Below the pieces are notes generated by a model. It did not search any database and was not told the DNA's origin. It saw only the letters and a list, made by a program, of their open reading frames with translations. A stretch of DNA of 63,537 bases, the filler included, from Octopus bimaculoides (lineage: Eukaryota), in NCBI RefSeq assembly GCF_001194135.2. It is 7 parts of 6 records of this genome, joined end to end, with 100 filler letters (N's around TTAATTAATTAA, not from the genome) between each part and the next. Parts side by side here need not be neighbours in the genome. Positions count along the whole stretch, not along the records: positions 12,646 to 32,577 come from NC_068982.1; 6 more parts are not named here. One strand, written 5' to 3'. Shown here piece by piece: positions 13,176 through 24,985 of this stretch. The first letter of the stretch is position 1. Every line of letters starts with the position of its first letter. A program made the position numbers and the translations under genes.

Positions 13176-13687
13176 CAGTATGCAGCAGAAATGACGCCAT
13201 TTTTTTTTAATTATTTAACAAACTATCTTTATTTGGTCAGTTTTTATTGTGCAAAGAAAACGAAAAAAAAAATCAATTAATGAGAATAAATTGCTGTAGT
13301 TTTAGTAAATTTATTAATATTGCTCCACCAAAAATTTAATTAACGTGTTCAAAATGCTCCCCTTCGTTTTTAATAGAATGCGGAACACTACCAGCCACAT
13401 TTCTACAAACCTTTCGACACATTTCCGTTTTAATTGCAGAAAATTTATCAGAAATTGCTTGTTCTAATTCAGGAATTGTTTTCGGTTTGAGGGAGTAAAC
13501 AAGGTCTTTCAATACATCTGCAAGAAAAAGTCAGGTGGTGTTAGGTCAGGTGATCGTGATGGCCACTCAATTGCTCCGCGTCGTACTATCTATCTCCCCT
13601 CAAATTTATATCATATAAAACGAAAAACAAAATTCATGCAGTAGAAAACTGAAAAATACCAATAAAAACGCGTTACTTCTGCCACAT
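13176..13687 (-). mobile_element. Internally deleted Tc1/mariner DNA transposon
   Basis: Minus strand 13565 to 13336 reads WPSRSPDLTPPDFFL..Y(frameshift)LKDLVYSLKPKTIPELEQAI...MCRKVCRNV...NEGEHFEHVN*, the Tc1/mariner C-terminus. Degenerate inverted ends at about 13176-13205 and 13663-13687. Confidence 0.85.
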
Positions 13688-14257
13688 GTGTGTGTGTGTG
13701 TGTAAAATACTAGATTATCAAATTATGTAACCATTGACTGTTTTTTTTTTTATCACACAGAAAAATGGGGCGAAAATATTTCACCCAGCCAGCAACTGTT
13801 TGTCGTTCATCTCTTTATTATCCTTTATAACGAGGGCACGCACACACGCATGCACGCTCACTACACATACTCGCACATATTTATGCAAACAAGCACACAC
13901 ACATATATATGGACACACTTACACACACACACACACACACACTTACGCACACATATATACTCCGCAATTCTTATGGAATATGAGGGCAATAATGTGAAAC
14001 TATCCTGTAATTCATTCGATGAAATCAGTGGTGCAATCATATATGCACACACACACACACGCACACAATTTGTGTGTGTATGAGCACTGTGTGAAGATGT
14101 GACCTGTGATCGATCTAATCGATTATACTTTATAATTATTTATTAATCATGATTATCGATCGTTGAAACGATCGTAATGGGTACAAATTAGTCGAAATAT
14201 CAAATTAATCGAAATATCAACAACTTGCTTCTTGTTAATTTCCTACACACGCATGCG

Positions 14258-14296
<39 letters not shown>

Positions 14297-14500
14297 ACAT
14301 ATAGATGTATATTCCTGTGTATGTATACCTATATATGTATGTATATACGTGTGTGTACATATATATTTAGCTATATGTATGCACGTGTTTGTAGTGATGT
14401 TTGTAAGTGTGTATGTATGTGAATGTATGTAGTCAATATGAAATTATTATTTTACATTTCACGAATTATGATGGCTTTCTCTCTCTCTTTCTATTTCCAG

Positions 14501-14814
14501 TCCATGACCTCATGTGCCCAGATTCAACCTCCGGATTTAGCGACCCTTATATCAAACTGTTTCTTTACCCAGAAGTAGACGAAAGGCGTCGACAATCATC
14601 GGTCCAACGTCGAACTTTGAATCCATTTTTCAATGAGTTTTTCAAATTTCCAATTCCTTACGAAGACTTACAAGACAAATCTCTGATATTTCAAGTCTTT
14701 AACTACGACAAGTTTTCTCGACACAGCATCCTGGGAGAAGTTAACGTTGACTTAAATACCGTCGAAACTTCCAGTAGCGTCGAGATCTGGAGTGATATAC
14801 AGCGATATCAGCGG
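14501..14814 (+). CDS. Internal exon of a synaptotagmin-family gene (most of the C2A domain)
   Basis: Polypyrimidine tract and TTCCAG acceptor at 14500; CGG/GTAACG donor at 14815; entry phase 1, exit phase 0. Peptide VHDL...DSTSGFSDPYIKLFLYP...RRTLNPFFNEFFKFPIPYEDL...FNYDKFSRHSILGEV...EIWSDI aligns end to end with synaptotagmin C2A. Paralogue not assignable by eye. Confidence 0.93.
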
Positions 14815-15386
14815 GTAACGAAATTATTCATTTCTTCATTACGCATAACTATTATTATTACCTCCACCTTAGCGAAGGTCGTGTTTGTCTGGTTGTCCGT
14901 AGATAAGATAGATTCCGATGAAACTTTCGTGTATGTTTGGCCACGTGACTAGCACGAACTGATTATATTTTGGGATCGATCCGGTACCGGACAAGGATTC
15001 TGGATTATTTGTTGTATTTACTTTACTTTACATGATTACGATCTCTGATTATCTCCCTTGAAACCACGCTCATGGTTTCCACGTAAATTATGGCGGCGTT
15101 GCTGTTTCCAAAGTTTTATTTTCGTTTCTCTATTATTAATTTTACTCGCGTCTCAATCTTAGTAGACACCGATGGATAAAGAAATCAACCTACATAAAAA
15201 AAAACGGCAGCAAAACCGTTTAGAAATTAAATAACACTAACATATTCAGTAACAATAATAAATTTGATTTATCCTGGACAATTTTTAGTTTTCCCAGTTT
15301 TTGAATATATCACTCCTGTTTAAAATCTCTCACCTACTTGACACTTGTATTTCTAGCTCTGCCTTGAAGGAAGCTTTACTTCTTGG

Positions 15387-15545
15387 ACTCACGTTTTTGT
15401 GCGCAACGATGTTGTCAAACCTCCGTTAACAGCGCCGTATGCAAGTCCTTTCCGCTTTCTTTCACGCACGGATAAATTTTTCACTATAAATCTTAATGGT
15501 CGTAAATACACTATATCAGTGGATAGATTTATAAAAAGCCTTCAC
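15387..15545 (+). mobile_element. Gypsy LTR-retrotransposon pol (integrase C-terminal) fragment
   Basis: THVFVRNDVVKPPLTAPYASPFRFLSRTDKFFTINLNGRKYTISVDR matches the HVFVR.DAV..PL.PPY.GP...VSIDRLK signature. Confidence 0.8.
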
Positions 15546-15860
15546 AGAGAACTATCCCTGCTTCCATTGCAGACGAAACACATACAACATTATAAACATG
15601 GCCCGCACACCCATCTTCACATTTCATGACTATTGATCAGGTACCGGACAAGGATTCTGGATTATTTTTCCGGTTCTTTTACTTAATTTTTGAGAGTGGT
15701 CGGGTTCATTTTTAGTATTCTCGTTTGTGAGAGCAGTCGAGTTTATATCAGATATTCTCATTTTAAAAAATCATCACCGGCTAATCGTTGAGAGGACGTT
15801 AGTGTTACCTTGGCGGATGTTTGTGCTCTCTGAGTGCTTTTGTTGTTGTTTTGTTGTTAC

Positions 15861-15915
<55 letters not shown>

Positions 15916-15917
<2 letters not shown>

Positions 15918-16135
15918 GACGGCGAGCTGGCAGAAACGTTAGCACGCCGGGCGAAATGCATAGCGGTATTTTATCTGTCACTACGTTCTGAGTTTAAATT
16001 CCGCCGAGGTCGACTTTGCCTTTCCTCTTTTCGGGGTCGATAAATTAAGTGCCAGTTGTGTACTGGGGCCAATCTAATCGACTGGCACCTTCCCCCAAAA
16101 TTTCGGGCCTTGTGCCTAGAGCAGAAAAGTATATT
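15916..16135 (+). mobile_element. SINE family B (MetaSINE-like central domain), CpG intact
   Basis: GGCGAGCTGGCAGAAACGTTAGCACGCCGGGCGAAATGC...GAGGTCGACTTTGCCTTT...TTTCGGGGTCGATAAA; recurs many times. The Meta-domain label is from recalled similarity only. Confidence 0.8.
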
Positions 16136-16216
16136 CCTTCCTATCTCTATATTCTNNNNNNNNNNNNNNNNNNNNNNNNNNNNNNNNNNNNNNNNNNNNN
16201 NNNNNNNNNNNNNNNN

Positions 16217-16261
<45 letters not shown>

Positions 16262-16299
16262 AAGTGAAGTAGGGTCTAAACTTAAGCACTGCAAACTAA

Positions 16300-16850
16300 T
16301 GCAACACTCAAGCTTATAGTTCTTCCAGAGTTCACATCGGTCAATTGTTGCTACACTCCAGTATTTATCTTCGACAATGTAGACTGCAAAATCGTCAGTC
16401 AAATGAAAAGGATACAAGGACAACTTAAGAGATATGAAACAAGAAGCGAACCTCCAAATCCAACTCTGGCTCGCTAATATATTCTATCAACACAAATCTA
16501 CACTCATACGAAGATGACAATGTTTAAAGTAGGTCACACAATTTCCTGAAGATTGTTTTCTATTTCCTAATCAAAGACGATAAACCAGAGACTTTTCTCG
16601 GGTCCTCTGTAATTGAAGCTGAGATTCAGTTTGAACATGTGTAGTCAGAAGTCTTCAGAAAGAACTATGCGTAAAGAGAGAGATCCAAAGAGTTGGAATT
16701 CCAGACCATGAGTATTTAAACAATTTGCTTAGAATGGAGCATTTATAAAAGATGGTTAGAGATGCAGTAGGATTTGACGAAAGGAGAGAAAGTGGGTACG
16801 TCGGGGAGGCGTGTTTGGAGGCTGTATACAGCCAGTTGTTTATTGAAGAG
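16300..16850 (+). mobile_element. Decayed RTE-clade LINE 3' region
   Basis: Q.KRYKDNL-like segment at 16398-16430 and a downstream W...V..FE..R-like remnant. Confidence 0.45.
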
Positions 16851-16852
16851 AG

Positions 16853-17100
16853 TGAAGGCACGTGGCTTAGTAGTTAGGGTATTCGGCTCACGATCCTAAG
16901 TTCAATTCCCGGCGACGCGTTGTGTCCTAGAGCAAGACAATTTATTTCACATTGCTCCAATTCACTCAGCTGGCAAAATGGGTAGTATCAGTAATTCAAA
17001 GGGTCAGACTTATACTATCCATTGAGAATCTCCCTGTGAACTACGTTAAGAGTACGCGCGTCTGTGGGTCGACTGGAACCCTCGCCTTTGTAAACGACGA
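16853..17100 (+). mobile_element. tRNA-derived SINE (CORE-like, shares 3' portion with family C)
   Basis: Head GAAGGCACGTGGCTTAGTAGTTAGGGTATTCGGCTC, CORE-like TCCTAGAGCAAGACAATTT, family-C-like GAACTACGTTAAGAGTACGCGCGTCTGTGG. Confidence 0.65.
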
Positions 17101-18037
17101 AGTGCTAGTTTTTATCGAGAAGAACAAAAGCCTTTGTAGGTGCATCAGAGCAGAGAGAGTGAACTGTCTAAAAGTTGAGGCATGTTTGTGAAGGAATCTA
17201 TGCCGAACCTTAGACTAGCTTTCGCTTTTTAGCGTCTGGAAGGTTTTGTATGTATATCTAGAATAGAACTATATGTATTTCTAGAACAGAACTGCACAGT
17301 CATAAATATTGGGGCAGAACTCTAGCGGAAGTCGCTGTAGTTTTGTGAAAAGTCGGCTTCTGATCAATACTGAGAAATATGGAAGTATGATACTTATAAC
17401 GAATTTAATTTAGTTTTATTTTACAGTAATCAAAATGACATCAGCAGTAAACTTTAAATAAATAATACAACAATTTGCAAAACATTACTAATAACTAGAA
17501 GATTGGAGCCAGAATTAACGAGTTATCTCGTTAATACAAACACTTATAAATTCCGCCTCAAGACAACTACAAATTAAATCTCGTTCAAATGCCAATTATT
17601 TTTGTAAAAGTCAATTAGAAAAGAAAACGAAAATACTAAGTTCTTTTAATTTAATTACAGTTAATCTAATGGTGTTTTTTACTGAACCAAGTTAGTTATA
17701 ATTATACGTACGACAAAACAATATTAATCAGCTTAACTAGCTTAGCTACTGGTCTGTAATCAAAATGAGGCAAACATCTGTTTCATTTCTTTATCATACA
17801 ACTTCACAAAATAAATAGCCCGTGCCTCGGTATTTCTTCGTACGTGTAGAAGTGAAGAGCTGAAGAAGCATCAGCCTAGTCATACAGAAATTATTAAAGA
17901 TTTATTGCTACTTTACGGGGAGGAGATTGTGAGGAAGGTGGTATAATTATAATTTATTATAATGATTTACAACAGAGTGTATTTATGCATGAACGTTTGT
18001 GTATTTTGTCTAAAATGTACGTATCAGTCTCTCAGCG

Positions 18038-18090
<53 letters not shown>

Positions 18091-18103
18091 GTAGATATGT
18101 TGT

Positions 18104-18482
18104 TGGCATTCCGTCGCTTACGACGTCGAGAGTTCCAGTTGATCCGATCAACGGAACAGCCTGCTCATGAAATTAACGTGCAAGTTGCTGAGCACTCCAC
18201 AGACACGTGTACCCTTAACGTAGTTCTCAGGGATATTCAGCGTGACACAGTGTGACAAGGCTAGCCCCTTTGAAATACAGGTATAACAGAAACAAGAAGA
18301 GAGAGTGAGAGAAAGTTGTGGTGAAAGGGTACAACAGAGGTGGCCACCACCCCATGCCGGAGCCTCGTAGAGCTTTAGGTGTTTTCGCTCAATAAACACC
18401 CACAACGCCCGGTCTGGGAATCGAAACCGCGATTCTATGACTGCGAGTCCGCTGCCCTAACCACTGGGCCATTGCGCCTCCA
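18104..18482 (-). mobile_element. SINE family C, full length, CpG intact
   Basis: Minus-strand head GGAGGCGCAATGGCCCAGTGGTTAGGGCAGCGGACT...GGTTTCGATTCCC with A/B boxes; homologous to 47264-47643. Confidence 0.85.
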
Positions 18483-19805
18483 ACACAAGTAGATAGACAG
18501 AGAGGAAACGCCAGACAGACCCAGAAACACACACGCGTACGTATATATATATATATATATATATNNNNNNNNNNNNNNNNNNNNNNNNNNNNNNNNNNNN
18601 NNNNNNNNNNNNNNNNNNNNNNNNNNNNNNNNNNNNNNNNNNNNNNNNNNNNNNNNNNNNNNNNNNNNNNNNNNNNNNNNNNNNNNNNNNNNNNNNNNNN
18701 NNNNNNNNNNNNNNNNNNNNNNNNNNNNNNNNNNNNNNNNNNNNNNNNNNNNNNNNNNNNNNNNNNNNNNNNNNNNNNNNNNNNNNNNNNNNNNNNNNNN
18801 NNNNNNNNNNNNNNNNNNNNNNNNNNNNNNNNNNNNNNNNNNNNNNNNNNNNNNNNNNNNNNNNNNNNNNNNNNNNNNNNNNNNNNNNNNNNNNNNNNNN
18901 NNNNNNNNNNNNNNNNNNNNNNNNNNNNNNNNNNNNNNNNNNNNNNNNNNNNNNNNNNNNNNNNNNNNNNNNNNNNNNNNNNNNNNNNNNNNNNNNNNNN
19001 NNNNNNNNNNNNNNNNNNNNNNNNNNNNNNNNNNNNNNNNNNNNNNNNNNNNNNNNNNNNNNNNNNNNNNNNNNNNNNNNNNNNNNNNNNNNNNNNNNNN
19101 NNNNNNNNNNNNNNNNNNNNNNNNNNNNNNNNNNNNNNNNNNNNNNNNNNNNNNNNNNNNNNNNNNNNNNNNNNNNNNNNNNNNNNNNNNNNNNNNNNNN
19201 NNNNNNNNNNNNNNNNNNNNNNNNNNNNNNNNNNNNNNNNNNNNNNNNNNNNNNNNNNNNNNNNNNNNNNNNNNNNNNNNNNNNNNNNNNNNNNNNNNNN
19301 NNNNNNNNNNNNNNNNNNNNNNNNNNNNNNNNNNNNNNNNNNNNNNNNNNNNNNNNNNNNNNNNNNNNNNNNNNNNNNNNNNNNNNNNNNNNNNNNNNNN
19401 NNNNNNNNNNNNNNNNNNNNNNNNNNNNNNNNNNNNNNNNNNNNNNNNNNNNNNNNNNNNNNNNNNNNNNNNCCTTCAACCTTGCTTCTCACATGGTCAG
19501 CTGTATGTTGGATGTTCTAGAGTTGGAGATGAAAATAACTTCTACATTCTCAGTGATAAGCATGGCAAGACAGAAAACATAGTATATGAAGAAGCACTTA
19601 CATGAATAGTATGTACATGTCATATACAAAAGTGTAAAACCATTGAGTGTTAAAGTAAGTATTACTATTACACTTTCACTTTTCGACTGACATGCGTCAA
19701 TGTATATCTGTGTATATAACAGTGAAACAATAACGTGGTATATTCGTTGTGTGAATTTTTTTCATTTAAGCCCCGTTTTAATTATCGTAAAAGTTTCCAA
19801 GTATA

Positions 19806-20118
19806 GTCGCAGGAGTGGCTGTGTGGAAAGTAGCTTGCTTACCAACCACATGGTTCCGGGTTCAGTCCCACTGCGTGGCACCTTGGGCAAGTGTCTTCTA
19901 CTATAGCCTCGGGCCGACCAAAGCCTTGTGAGTGGATTTGGTAGACGGAAACTGAAAGAAGCCCGTCGTATATATGTATATATATGTGTATGTGTGTCTG
20001 TGTTTGTCCCCCCAACATCGCTTGACAACCGATGCTGGTGTGTTTACGTCCTCGTAACTTAGTGGTTCGGCAAAAGAGACCGATAGAATAAGTACTAGGC
20101 TTCCAAAGAATTTGTCCT
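19806..20118 (+). mobile_element. SINE family A (CORE-like), truncated by gap
   Basis: Near-consensus copy containing GGCACCTTGGGCAAGTGTCTTCTAC, which resembles the CORE domain. Confidence 0.88.
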
Positions 20119-20699
20119 NNNNNNNNNNNNNNNNNNNNNNNNNNNNNNNNNNNNNNNNNNNNNNNNNNNNNNNNNNNNNNNNNNNNNNNNNNNNNNNNNN
20201 NNNNNNNNNNNNNNNNNNNNNNNNNNNNNNNNNNNNNNNNNNNNNNNNNNNNNNNNNNNNNNNNNNNNNNNNNNNNNNNNNNNNNNNNNNNNNNNNNNNN
20301 NNNNNNNNNNNNNNNNNNNNNNNNNNNNNNNNNNNNNNNNNNNNNNNNNNNNNNNNNNNNNNNNNNNNNNNNNNNNNNNNNNNNNNNNNNNNNNNNNNNN
20401 NNNNNNNNNNNNNNNNNNNNNNNNNNNNNNNNNNNNNNNNNNNNNNNNNNNNNNNNNNNNNNNNNNNNNNNNNNNNNNNNNNNNNNNNNNNNNNNNNNNN
20501 NNNNNNNNNNNNNNNNNNNNNNNNNNNNNNNNNNNNNNNNNNNNNNNNNNNNNNNNNNNNNNNNNNNNNNNNNNNNNNNNNNNNNNNNNNNNNNNNNNNN
20601 NNNNNNNNNNNNNNNNNNNNNNNNNNNNNNNNNNNNNNNNNNNNNNNNNNNNNNNNNNNNNNNNNNNNNNNNNNNNNNNNNTATACGCATAATTTCGTC

Positions 20700-20870
20700 G
20701 ACGTTATCTTTACCTTTTATATTTTCGGGGTTGATAAAATAAGTACCTGTTGACCACTAGAGTCAATGTCATCAACTGGCTCTCCACTCAAATTTCAGGT
20801 CTCGTGCCTCAGAACGTAAAGACAGACGAAATACCACTAAGCATTTCGTCCGGCGTGCTAACGTTTCTGT
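20700..20870 (-). mobile_element. SINE family B fragments
   Basis: CTAAGCATTTCGTCCGGCGTGCTAACGTTTCTG is the reverse complement of the family B head. Confidence 0.7.
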
Positions 20871-20888
20871 TACATGTGGTCTACACAG

Positions 20889-21273
20889 TTATATGGTGCA
20901 AAAACATGGACATTGACGAAAACTCTATCTGATCAACTAAAAGAATTTGAAATGTGGACATACGAATATCTTGAACAAAATATAAAACTGATAAAGTGCT
21001 ACTACTAGCAAATACAAAAAAAAGATCATTAAAAAAGGGAACTGAAATACTTTGGTCACATAGTAAGTGCACAAGTTATACTACTATTGATAGATGGAAA
21101 CATAAATGGCAAAAGCTGATGAGGAAGACCCCAGAACAAACTGGTTTGATAATATCAAATACTGGACTGAACTGTTATGTGGTGAATGTATAAGAATGGC
21201 TGAGCAAAGACCTGAATGAAGATCCTTGATATTCAACCTGCTGAGAGCAAGATGATACCTAATGATGATGATG
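20889..21273 (+). mobile_element. RTE/BovB-like LINE 3' end with (GAT)n tail
   Basis: LYGAKTWTLTKTLSDQLKEFEMW...LKYFGHIV...DGNINGK...GRP...WFDNIKYWT, ending in TAATGATGATGATG. Confidence 0.85.
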
Positions 21274-21471
21274 TGATAACATTACATGAAGATGGAATTA
21301 TTTAGTGATGTCCGAACAAACCATTCAGTTATGGGATCCAACAATCTGTATCTAGTGCAAATAATCTCTTTAAACAACATTCATAGCAGGATTTGAACCC
21401 ACTATTTTGTAATTTAAGCTAAGAGAATGGTCTCCAACAAACACAGAGTTGCACTGCTCTCTTAACTCCTT

Positions 21472-22000
21472 TAATCTTTTACTTGTTTCAGTCATTTGAC
21501 TGCGGCCGTGCTGGAGCACCGCCTTTAGTCGATCAAATCGACCCCACGATTTATACTTTGTAAGCCTAGTACTTAATCTATCGGTCTCTTTTTGCCCAAC
21601 CGCTAAGTTACGGAGACGTAAACACACCAGCATCAGTTGTCAAGCGATGTTGGGGGATAAACACAAATACACAAACATATACACACAGAAATATATCTAT
21701 ATCTATATANNNNNNNNNNNNNNNNNNNNNNNNNNNNNNNNNNNNNNNNNNNNNNNNNNNNNNNNNNNNNNNNNNNNNNNNNNNNNNNNNNNNNNNNNNN
21801 NNNNNNNNNNNNNNNNNNNNNNNNNNNNNNNNNNNNNNNNNNNNNNNNNNNNNNNNNNNNNNNNNNNNNNNNNNNNNNNATATATATATATATAACGACG
21901 GGCTTCTTTCAGTTTCCGTCTACCAGACCCACTCACAAGGCTTTGGTCGGCATGAGGCATTAGTAGAAGACACTTGCCCAAGGTGCCACGCAGTGGGACT
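21472..22000 (-). mobile_element. SINE family A spanning an N gap
   Basis: Both halves are the reverse complement of family A; the gap falls in the internal (TA)n. Confidence 0.85.
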
Positions 22001-22288
22001 GATTCAACAATAGAACTTAGTTAATCACGGAGTTGACAAATTAGCTTAAGTGTCTTGCCTATGAACAAACCAGAAAATAATTGACGAAAGCTTTTTAAGG
22101 CAAGGCATCATATAATTTTGCCTATTACCAGAGTTACAATTACTTCTTATTATATACATAACGATAAACGTCGCCCTTTCAAAGCCTAGCCAGGCTCATG
22201 GTCCCGGTTTCCCGGTTTCTATGGCGTATGTGTCCCCCCCCCCCCNNNNNNNNNNNNNNNNNNNNNNNNNNNNNNNNNNNNNNNNNNN

Positions 22289-22522
22289 CCCGCTGGATGG
22301 GACGCCAGTCCATCGCAGCGTTACTCAAGAAACAGGAAGAAAGAGTGAGATAAATTTGGGGCGAAAGAGTACAACAGGGGTCTCCACCACCCCTTGCCGA
22401 AGCCTCGTGGAGCTTTAGGTGTTTTCGTTCAATAAACATTCACAACGCCCGGTCTGGGAGTCGAAACAGCGATCCTCCAACCACGATTTCGCTGCCCTAA
22501 CCACTCGGCCATTGCGCCTCCA
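22289..22522 (-). mobile_element. SINE family C, 5' half
   Basis: Ends CCACTCGGCCATTGCGCCTCCA, as in the 18104-18482 copy. Confidence 0.8.
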
Positions 22523-23027
22523 CTATTATATACATACCTATACAATATTCTATATACGAGTAATTATATCTTTTGCTAAATGTACTTAATTCAATAAAGT
22601 AGTTAATTACTCTGTTAAGTTGTAACTTTCTTCAAAAACCAACAACGCCACTATCTTTCTGGAACATTGGATTACGTTTTCTATTCAATTGAGATCTTAT
22701 ACTTCTATGACTTCTAAATATGAGAATTAATTACGCTACCTTGTTCAACTTGCATTATACTAACTTTTCTTGTGTAATATATTATAAGTCATGACGTGCT
22801 TACNNNNNNNNNNNNNNNNNNNNNNNNNNNNNNNNNNNNNNNNNNNNNNNNNNNNNNNNNNNNNNNNNNNNNNNNNNNNNNNNNNNNNNNNNNNNNNNNN
22901 NNNNNNNNNNNNNNNNNNNNNNNNNNNNNNTTCTATGACTTCTAAATATGAGAATTAATTACGCTACCTTGTTCAACTTGCATTATACTAACTTTTCTTG
23001 TGTAACATATTATAAGTCATGACGTGC

Positions 23028-23064
<37 letters not shown>

Positions 23065-23209
23065 GAATCAGTGGAATTGTACTAACATGACGAGTGACTT
23101 GATGTAAGGTTGTATGTTGAAAATGAGATAATTACATTGTAAAAGAGCCGTAAAAGTCATTCAACACATTAATACTGTTAAATGTACTTTTCATTTATTT
23201 CTTAAAATA

Positions 23210-23371
23210 GGCGTAGGAGTGGCTGTGTGGTAAGTAGCTTGCTTACCAATCACATGGTTCCGGGTTCAGTCCCACTGCGTGGCACTTTGGGCAAGTGTCT
23301 TCTACTATAGCCTCGGGCCGACCAATGCGTTGTGAGTGAATTTGGTAAACGGAAACTGAAAGAAGCCTGTC

Positions 23372-23415
<44 letters not shown>

Positions 23416-23588
23416 GTGTGTATATGTTTGTGTGTCTGTGTTTGTCCACCCAACATCACTTGACAACCGATGGTGGTGTGTTTACGTCCCCGTAATTTAG
23501 CGGTTCCGCAAAAGAGACCTATAGAATAAGTACTAGGCTTACAAATAATAAGACCTCAGAGTCAAATGACTGAAACAAGTAAAAGAGT
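23210..23588 (+). mobile_element. SINE family A
   Basis: Head, CORE-like block, internal microsatellite and tail all present. Confidence 0.88.
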
Positions 23589-23721
23589 ATCAAAATTTTC
23601 GTCGCACTGCAGCGACCTTCTTACTGACGTATTTCCGAAGCAGCTGACTGGAACTTATTTAAGGGTGTGTTGTTAAAGGACTGACATATTTTGTTTCTTA
23701 TTGTTCAACTTATGAATACAT

Positions 23722-23938
23722 GGGCGCAGGTATAGCAGTGGAGTGAAGAAGCTTCTCTTTGCAACCATGTAATTTTGGATTCACTCCTACTGCACGGCGC
23801 CTAAGGCAAGTGTCTTCTACTATAGCCCGGATCGACCGGTGACTTGTGAGCGAATCTGGCAGGCGGGAACTGTACCAAAGTCTGTCTTGTCTGTCTGTCT
23901 GTCTGCCTGCCTGTCTGTCTGTCTGTCTGTCTGCCTGC

Positions 23939-24008
<70 letters not shown>

Positions 24009-24104
24009 GTATGTCTGTATGTCTCTGTCTATTGTCTGTCTGTCTCTGTCTCTTGTCTGTCTGTCTCTCTATCTATTGTCTGTCTGTCTATCTATGTGTC
24101 TATC

Positions 24105-24191
<87 letters not shown>

Positions 24192-24416
24192 ATGCGTGTG
24201 TGTGTGTGTGTGTGTGTATGCATGTTTGTCTTCCACTACCGTTGACAACCGGAATTGGTTTGTTCGAGTAAGTTAGCGGTTCGTAAAATAGTATCGTCAA
24301 AATAAGTACCTAACTTAAAATTATGTACTGGTGTTGATTTCATTAACTAAACCCTTCGATGTGGTGTCCCAGCATGGCTGCAATCCAATAACTGAAGTCA
24401 ATGAAAGACAAAAGAT
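23722..24416 (+). mobile_element. Older SINE family A copy with about 340 bp of internal (TCTG)n/(TATC)n/(TG)n expansion
   Basis: Diverged head at 23722, GGCAAGTGTCTTCTAC at about 23805, 3' half resumes at about 24220. Confidence 0.75.
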
Positions 24417-24838
24417 AATAAGGGTCGATTGTATAGATGTTGATTTCTTGACGTCAATCACTTTTAATGGGTTATAAGTTCAATTCTTTTATCTATCTAT
24501 AACTTGATATCTATGTATCATTATCACCGTTCTGTTTTATATCTCTTTCAATTTTTCTTCTACTCTTTCATTTTCTGCTTTTCTTTTATCTCCATTTGTC
24601 AGGTGAATTAACTTTCGTCATGAACAAATACAAGGTATATTTGGTAACTTTGTAATGATATACATACATACATACATATATGCATGCACACATATGTACA
24701 TACATAAATATATACATGCATGCACACATAATATACATACATACATACACACATATACACATAGATACATACATACATACACATATACACATACATACAT
24801 GCACACACACATGCTACTTGTAGTATCCTTAATTATTA

Positions 24839-24878
<40 letters not shown>

Positions 24879-24951
24879 TGACACCTGTTTGTTGTTCTCT
24901 CACCTGTCTTCGTCATTTGTTTTCTGAAAATTTGAGCTATACAAACACACA

Positions 24952-24985
<34 letters not shown>

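Noticed and set aside
18400-18482. tRNA genes at SINE heads (also 22440-22522, 47264-47340)
   Set aside because: A/B boxes run straight into SINE bodies without a closed acceptor stem; these are tRNA-derived SINE heads.
18389-19492. Long ORFs in the track (367, 423, 463 aa and similar)
   Set aside because: Made of N runs and dinucleotide repeats (X, YI, CV, HT tracts); no coding signal.
22686-23030. About 100-bp direct duplication either side of the 22804-22930 gap
   Set aside because: Near-identical sequence flanking an N gap is typical of unmerged contig overlap or allelic haplotypes.
24603-24634. Possible 32-nt synaptotagmin exon (GELTFVMNKYK) behind a strong polypyrimidine tract
   Set aside because: The GEL frame needs phase 1 but the C2A exon ends in phase 0, where it reads GTG AAT TAA; similarity to C2B stops after three residues.
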